A program made the translations under genes and the position numbers. From the NCBI GenBank assembly GCA_947470805.1, contig CANIVU010000029.1:1583-65582 (forward strand): 64,000 nt of DNA, written 5' to 3'. Each line of letters begins with the position of its first letter. The stretch's first letter is position 1. The stretch comes from Acidobacteriota bacterium (GTDB lineage Bacteria > Acidobacteriota > Terriglobia > Bryobacterales > Bryobacteraceae). The notes below the pieces were generated by a model, which saw only the letters and a program-made list of their open reading frames with translations, did not search any database and was not told the origin of the DNA. This document shows, one piece after another, positions 58,363-64,000 of this stretch.

Positions 58363-58872
58363 CTACCTCCCCGCCAGCCGCCCAAACAGCCACGCCCGCG
58401 AAAACTCCCAATCCCGCTTCGCCGTCGACAACGATATCTCCAGCGCCTCGGCGATCTCCGGAAACTCCAGCCCCCCGAAAAACCGCATCTCCACCACTCG
58501 CGCCTTCCGCTCATCCTTCAACGCGAGCTCGTCCAGCGCCCGGTCAATTTCGATCACCTGCTCCACCTGCACCGACACGCCCGCCCCCGCCATCTCCACC
58601 CCCGGCGTCCACTCCAACCGCTCCCACTCCCCATCCCGCTTCTGCGCCATCCGCGCCCGCACCGCGTCGATCAAAACCATCCGCATCGTCCGCGACGCCA
58701 GCGCCAGAAAGTGCGTCCGGCTCTTCCACCCGTGCCCAGCCAACCGCAACCACGCCTCGTGCACCAACTGGGTCGCCTGCAAACTCGGCTGCTTCCCGCC
58801 CCGGCTCAGATGGATCACCGCAATCTTATGTAACTCGCCGTACACCGCGGCAACGTCGGCTTCCTGGCTCAC
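58363..58872 (-). CDS. ECF sigma factor, TIGR02999-type
   Basis: VYGELHKIA, SLQATQLVHEAWLRL, VVEMRFFGGL, KRDWEFSRAWL. Confidence 0.9.
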   Translation of the reverse strand: MSQEADVAAVYGELHKIAVIHLSRGGKQPSLQATQLVHEAWLRLAGHGWKSRTHFLALASRTMRMVLIDAVRARMAQKRDGEWERLEWTPGVEMAGAGVSVQVEQVIEIDRALDELALKDERKARVVEMRFFGGLEFPEIAEALEISLSTAKRDWEFSRAWLFGRLAGR

Positions 58873-58977
58873 ACCTCATCTTACCAATGCCATATCCCCC
58901 ACCGCCCGAATAGCATAAGGCTTCTTCTTTCAGCATTTTGACTAGGAAGAACCGCCGCCGCACCGATATAGATTATT

Positions 58978-59331
58978 GTGAGACAACGACCCAAGACTCT
59001 CCTGCTCTGTGCTGATATCGTCCAAGTGGAATGGTCCGACGACCGCGGAGTTCCCCGTCGTTCCCCCGCCATTCTCGAAGAGATCCAACCCTCCGGCGCC
59101 CTCCTCCTGCTCGATACCGACCACCCGCCCCACAAGGCCAACGCCGTCAAACTCTCCCCCTGCGGCTACCGCGGCAAAGCCCGCCGCTCCACCGAATCTC
59201 CCTCCGGCTTCCACATCGAAATCGCCTTCGACAAAGGGGTGCGCTGGCATCCCGCCGACTACCAGCCCACCCACTCGTTCAATCCCAATTCCCGCCCTAC
59301 TCCTCCTTCCGCAACCGGTCCACACCACTGA
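58978..59331 (+). CDS. Small PilZ-like domain protein (degenerate)
   Basis: LLCADIVQVEW...ILEEIQPSGALL resembles a D/NxSxxG motif. Confidence 0.55.
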   Translation: MRQRPKTLLLCADIVQVEWSDDRGVPRRSPAILEEIQPSGALLLLDTDHPPHKANAVKLSPCGYRGKARRSTESPSGFHIEIAFDKGVRWHPADYQPTHSFNPNSRPTPPSATGPHH

Positions 59332-60427
59332 TCCCGCGCAACCCGCCGGGCGTCTGCAAGAGACCCTTTACATACAGCAGGTGGTCGTCGGCCGTCTTGG
59401 CATCGTGCGTGTAGAACTGGCAGAAAAGGTCCGGATACCCGTCCGCGTTCGCCGGCTTGCCATCCTGACACGAGTACTTCTTCTCATTCGACACCCGGCA
59501 GCTCTTCACCGGACTCCCGCCCAGCGTCAAACTGAACAAGTCCACCTGCGCCACCGGCACCATCGCCGACCCGTAAATCACCACCGGCACCACGCCCTCC
59601 CGCTCAAACCCATCGTCATCTCCCTCCAAACAACGCCCCGGCTGAATATCGATCTCCACACCCAGGCACTGCCCCAACGGCAACGTCCAGAACTTCTGGA
59701 TCTCCGCCTCCGTCAACGCGCGGCTGAATAACTCCACCTCGTCCAACTGGCCCACCAGCGGCAAAGTGCCATCAAAATTCGTGCAAACACTGGCCCCAAT
59801 CTGCAACGGCGCCGCATTCGATAACCGCAACACATTCGCCGTCGTCTGTGTGTCCCGCAAGATCCCGTCCACATACAACTTCGCCGTCGTCCCCGCCCGC
59901 GTCAGCGCCACGTGATGATATGCCCCGTCATTCACCGGCACCTGGGAATACAACAACGCATACCCCGCCCCCCCCGGGTCCGACGTATTGTCCAACTCCA
60001 CCACCACCTGCCCCAGCCGCGTCACCGCCGACGGATTCGCCGAACCCACCATCCGGAAACTCCAGAAGTCCGAAAACGCACACACCGCCCGCTTCTCCAC
60101 CAGCGCCGTCCCCGTCCCCGCCGAAGCCGTCGTCTTCATCCAGAAACTAACCGTAAAATCGGCCACTCCGAAGTTCCCCGCCGTGGTCCCAAAGTCCACG
60201 CTCCCAGCCCCGTTAAACGTAAATCCGGAACCGACACGCCCCGGCCCAAACGTCACAGCCCCGTGCGCCGTCCCCTGCGCCGACCCCACCAAATCATTGG
60301 CGTTCCCATCTCCGGGCCACCAATTCGTCATCCCCGCCGGCGGCGTCATACACGGCGCCTCCCCGGCAAACATCCGCCCCGCCAGCAGGGCCACTACGCA
60401 TAACTTCGTAATTCCTGTATAAGTCAT
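59297..60427 (-). CDS. Secreted LamG/concanavalin-like domain protein
   Basis: WWPGDGNAND, FTVSFWMK, YHHVALT, LYVDG, GQLDEVELFSRALT..EI; AGGAG RBS before ATG 60427. Confidence 0.85.
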   Translation of the reverse strand: MTYTGITKLCVVALLAGRMFAGEAPCMTPPAGMTNWWPGDGNANDLVGSAQGTAHGAVTFGPGRVGSGFTFNGAGSVDFGTTAGNFGVADFTVSFWMKTTASAGTGTALVEKRAVCAFSDFWSFRMVGSANPSAVTRLGQVVVELDNTSDPGGAGYALLYSQVPVNDGAYHHVALTRAGTTAKLYVDGILRDTQTTANVLRLSNAAPLQIGASVCTNFDGTLPLVGQLDEVELFSRALTEAEIQKFWTLPLGQCLGVEIDIQPGRCLEGDDDGFEREGVVPVVIYGSAMVPVAQVDLFSLTLGGSPVKSCRVSNEKKYSCQDGKPANADGYPDLFCQFYTHDAKTADDHLLYVKGLLQTPGGLRGISGVDRLRKEE

Positions 60428-60535
60428 CAAACGCTCCTGCACCCAATACGAAAAAGCATCCAGACATTTTTCATCCCTAAAACAAACTCTCCACGCCCCA
60501 CGCCCCGCATGCGTCTAACCACCTAGGGCCAACTT

Positions 60536-61219
60536 ATGAAACTCACGCTCCTCCTCTCCCTCCTCCTCCCCCTCTCCGCCCAAACCCTCACCCTCCCCCC
60601 GCACCTCATCCGCCTGTTCCAGTTCCCCTCCCCCGAACCGCCCCCGCTCGCCGCCGCCCCGTCCGCAGGCATCTTCCTCTTCGCCATGTCCGCCATCACA
60701 GGCCAATCGGAATCCTGGACCCTCGAAACCCACAACTCCTTCCAATCCCTCGAAGACTTCGACGCCGCCCAACCCCGCTCTCCCAAACCCGACGCTCGCA
60801 CCCTCCTCGCCCTCCACCGCCAAAACTGGTCCTACCGCCCCGACGAAGCCATCCTCGCCCTCCGCAAAGCCCGCTACTTCCAGGTCTCCTACTACCGCAC
60901 CGGCCTCGGTTCGGAATCCGAATTCGCCGAACTCCTCAATGCCCGCCGCGCCAGCCTCGACAATCTCAACATCGATCGCCCCTTTCTCGTCTACCAGGTC
61001 ATCGCCGGCGCCCCCTCCGGCACCTACATCGTCTTCTCCCCACTGCCCTCCCTCAAAACCTTCGACGAAGTCCCCCGCCGCGTCAACAACCCACGCCCCG
61101 CCGCCCGTCCCGGCGCCGACGTCACCCACGAGAACATCCTCTTCCGCCTCGACCCCGCCCGCTCCCACGTCTCCCCCGAATTCGCCGAGTCCGATCCCGC
61201 GTTTTGGCGCGCCAAATAA
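60536..61219 (+). CDS. Hypothetical secreted protein (possibly NIPSNAP-like)
   Basis: Signal peptide; YQVIAGAPSGTYIVF; host-like codon usage. Confidence 0.6.
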   Translation: MKLTLLLSLLLPLSAQTLTLPPHLIRLFQFPSPEPPPLAAAPSAGIFLFAMSAITGQSESWTLETHNSFQSLEDFDAAQPRSPKPDARTLLALHRQNWSYRPDEAILALRKARYFQVSYYRTGLGSESEFAELLNARRASLDNLNIDRPFLVYQVIAGAPSGTYIVFSPLPSLKTFDEVPRRVNNPRPAARPGADVTHENILFRLDPARSHVSPEFAESDPAFWRAK

Positions 61220-61247
61220 GCACGCAACCCGATATCATATGTGGGCA

Positions 61248-62684
61248 ATGGCCCCCATCCGCCTGCTCGCCCTCGCCCTAGCCGCCCTCCCCTGCCTCGC
61301 CCAATACTCGATCCAACGGGCAACTTCCCCCATCACCATCGACGCCAAACTCGATGAACCCGCCTGGCGCAACGCCCCCTCCATGGGCGACCTGACGTTC
61401 AACTGGTACGAATCCGGCGAAAAAGAACAGACCATCGCCAAAATCCTCTACGACGACGAAAATCTCTACGTCTCCTGGTACGCCAAAGACAAAAACATCT
61501 CCGCCTACGAAAAACGTCGCCACGGCCCAGTCTCCAAAGACGATTGCGTCGAAATCTTCATCTCGCCCAACCCCGCCAAACCCGCCAACTACTACACCTG
61601 GGAAATCAACGCCATCGGCACCGTCCTCAATCGCAACAAATCGGACTGGTACACCGGCGGCCCCACCTGGGAGCCCGAAGGCGTCGAATTCAAGGCCACC
61701 TTCCAGGGCGCGGAGAAGAAGGACGAATCCCCCGACGACGATCACTGGATCGTCGAGCTGAAAATCCCCCTCCGCAACTTCGCCCGCGACGCCGCCCACA
61801 CCCCGCCCCTCGATGGCGATGAATGGCGCCTGAACATCAGCCGAATCGGCGGCAAAACCAACCCCCAACTCTCCACCTGGTCGCCCATCCCCCCGCCCTC
61901 AAAAACCTTCCACACCCCCACCGCCTTCGGCAAAGTCGTCTTCTCCAATCCCCCCACCCAGCAACCCCGCGCCCGCGGCCCCCGCCGCGTCCGCTTCAAT
62001 CCCGCCGAAGCCAAAGCCGGCGCCGAACTCTACAACCGCTCCTGCACCATGTGCCACGGTCTCAACGGCGCCGCCGGCGACCGCGCCCCCGCCCTCGGCG
62101 CCCAACGCCGCTACCTCCGCGGAACATCGGAAGAACTCTACGACGCCATCAAAAACGGAATTAAAGGTACCGGCATGCCCGGCTCCGCCCTCCCCGAAGC
62201 CGACGTTCGCAAGATGATCGCCTACATCCACTCCCTCCGCGCCACCGCCGTCGATGTCGACACGCCCGGCAACCCAGCCCGCGGCGCCGAACTCTTCCAA
62301 ACCTCCGCCAATTGCGCAAAATGCCACATGGTCGCCGGCCGCGGCGGCGTCCTCGGCCCCGATCTCTCCAACATCGGCGCCGAACGCAGCCTCGCCGCCC
62401 TCCGGGAAGCCGTCACCGTCGCCAAGCCCCTCCCGCCCCGCGGCTACCAGCCCGTCAAAGTCGTTACCACCAAGGGCCAAACCATCATTGGCCTGCTAAA
62501 GAACCAACACAACTCCAGCTACCAAATCTTAGGCACCGACGAAAAGCTGCACTTACTGCTAACCTCCGAAATCAAATCCATCGACTTCCAAAAGAAATCC
62601 CTCATGCCCATCCCCGCCCTGCCCGCCGCCGATCTCGACGACATCATCGCCTACCTCAGCCGCCAGGCCCGGAGCCGGAGATAA
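61248..62684 (+). CDS. CBM9-like (DOMON-fold) domain fused to two c-type cytochrome domains
   Basis: ITIDAKLDEPAW, YDDENLYV, DDCVEIFI, W.VELKIP; CTMCH and CAKCH; GPDLSNIG. Confidence 0.8.
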   Translation: MAPIRLLALALAALPCLAQYSIQRATSPITIDAKLDEPAWRNAPSMGDLTFNWYESGEKEQTIAKILYDDENLYVSWYAKDKNISAYEKRRHGPVSKDDCVEIFISPNPAKPANYYTWEINAIGTVLNRNKSDWYTGGPTWEPEGVEFKATFQGAEKKDESPDDDHWIVELKIPLRNFARDAAHTPPLDGDEWRLNISRIGGKTNPQLSTWSPIPPPSKTFHTPTAFGKVVFSNPPTQQPRARGPRRVRFNPAEAKAGAELYNRSCTMCHGLNGAAGDRAPALGAQRRYLRGTSEELYDAIKNGIKGTGMPGSALPEADVRKMIAYIHSLRATAVDVDTPGNPARGAELFQTSANCAKCHMVAGRGGVLGPDLSNIGAERSLAALREAVTVAKPLPPRGYQPVKVVTTKGQTIIGLLKNQHNSSYQILGTDEKLHLLLTSEIKSIDFQKKSLMPIPALPAADLDDIIAYLSRQARSRR

Positions 62685-62687
62685 CCC

Positions 62688-64000
62688 ATGCGCCTCTTCT
62701 TACTCACTTCCTCCCTCGCCTTCGCCCAGGTCACTTACCCGGACTTACTCAAGCCCAACCCCGCCAACTGGCTCCACTACAACGGCCAGTATCATTCCCA
62801 ACGCCATTCGCCCCTGCAACAAGTAACAACCGCCAACGTCAAGAAACTCGTCCCCCAGTGGATGTACCACGTCGAATCGGCCCGCCGCCTCGAGTCAGTC
62901 CCCCTGGTCGTCGATGGCGTCATGTACTTCACCAATCCCAATGAGGTCTACGCTCTCGACGCCCGAACGGGGCGCGAAATCTGGCGTTACGAGCGCCAAC
63001 CGGCGCTCCAAAAAGGGCCCAACCGCGGCGTCGCCGTCTACGGCAACAAGGTGTACATCGGCACGCCCGACGCCCATCTCGTCGCCCTCGACGCCCGCAA
63101 CGGTTCCATGCTCTGGGAAACCAAAATCGCCGAAGCCAGCGAAGGCTACTGGTCCCCCGCCGCCCCCATGGTCATCAAGGACAAAGTCATCATGGGCATC
63201 GCCCCCAGTGACCACGGCCTGAACGGCTTCCTCGACGCCTACGACGCCAACACCGGCGAACGCCTCTGGCGCTGGCACGCCATCCCCAAACCCGGCGAAC
63301 CCGGCAACGAAACCTGGGCCGGCGACTCCTGGAAAACCGGCGGCGGCGGCACCTGGCTCACTGGCTCCTACGACCCCGAATTGAACCTCCTCTACTGGGG
63401 CACCGGCAACCCCGCCCCCGACTTCGACGGCGACGTGCGCAAAGGCGATAACCTCTACACCGAATGCATCGTCGCCCTCGATGCCGACACCGGCAAAATG
63501 AAGTGGTACTTCCAAACCACCCCCTGGGACGTCCACGATTGGGACGCCGTCGAAATCCCCATCCTCGTCGACACGCCCTACAAAGGAAAACCCCGCAAAC
63601 TCCTCGTCCAGGGCAATCGCAACGGCTACTACTACGTGCTGGACCGTGTCACCGGCGAATTCCTCCACGGCACCCCGTTCCTCAAGGAAATCAACTGGGC
63701 CAGCGGCCTCACGGACAAAGGGCGCCCCATCCGCGTCGAAGGCGTTATCCCCAGCCTCAAAGGCACCAAAACCTGCCCGGCCACCTCCGGTGCGACGAAC
63801 TGGATGTCCCCCGCCTACAACCCTTCCACCAACTGGTTCTATCTGGTGGCGCAGGAAGGCTGCGGTATCAACACCAAAAGCCGCGACACCTTCCGCCCCG
63901 GCGGCAATTCGTTCATGGGCACCGGCTACATCGAAAGCCCGGAAGAGCCATGGCAAATGTACATCCGCGCCCTCGACGTAACTACCGGCAAATTGATGTG
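62688..64000 (+). CDS. PQQ-dependent dehydrogenase (alcohol/methanol dehydrogenase-like propeller), partial
   Basis: Manual translation MRLFLL...WLHYNGQYHSQRHSPL, PLVVDGVMY, ALDARTG..W, WLTGSYDP, WGTGNPAP, GDNLY, HDWD, GATNW; runs off the window. Confidence 0.9.
   Translation, partial: MRLFLLTSSLAFAQVTYPDLLKPNPANWLHYNGQYHSQRHSPLQQVTTANVKKLVPQWMYHVESARRLESVPLVVDGVMYFTNPNEVYALDARTGREIWRYERQPALQKGPNRGVAVYGNKVYIGTPDAHLVALDARNGSMLWETKIAEASEGYWSPAAPMVIKDKVIMGIAPSDHGLNGFLDAYDANTGERLWRWHAIPKPGEPGNETWAGDSWKTGGGGTWLTGSYDPELNLLYWGTGNPAPDFDGDVRKGDNLYTECIVALDADTGKMKWYFQTTPWDVHDWDAVEIPILVDTPYKGKPRKLLVQGNRNGYYYVLDRVTGEFLHGTPFLKEINWASGLTDKGRPIRVEGVIPSLKGTKTCPATSGATNWMSPAYNPSTNWFYLVAQEGCGINTKSRDTFRPGGNSFMGTGYIESPEEPWQMYIRALDVTTGKLM

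Noticed and set aside
1..64000. tRNA, rRNA, integrase, transposase or prophage genes
   Set aside because: None recognised in the ORFs or the short intergenic regions.

Overview
Gene-dense, GC-rich bacterial chromosome segment. Its gene repertoire (TIGR02999-type ECF sigma factors paired with Ser/Thr kinases, PQQ quinoprotein, sulfatase, PilZ-like orphan) suggests Acidobacteriota, Bryobacteraceae/Solibacter-like; this is inference. I saw no rRNA, tRNA, CRISPR array or transposase. The centrepiece is a ~17 kb divergent low-potential redox locus (25.9-43.2 kb). On the minus strand it runs rnfB - giant PFOR - rnfCDGEA - small Cys-rich membrane protein - FNR. On the plus strand it runs apbE - korA - korB - a hypothetical ORF - truncated haemoglobin. 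By-eye alignment shows the hypothetical ORF is a degenerate copy of the PFOR C-terminal (beta/TPP) half lacking the catalytic motifs. Other highlights: a coupled pair of PD-(D/E)XK-like nucleases (one with an in-frame TAG); ECF/kinase/secreted-protein modules sharing a candidate promoter motif; a DUF2520-like/histidine kinase fusion with a nested start; a CBM9-like/di-haem cytochrome c fusion ahead of a PQQ dehydrogenase; a decayed FAD oxidoreductase pseudogene; several intergenic repeats; many apparently leaderless genes; and a local reversal of the strong GC skew. All family calls come from motif recognition by eye, not from database searches.
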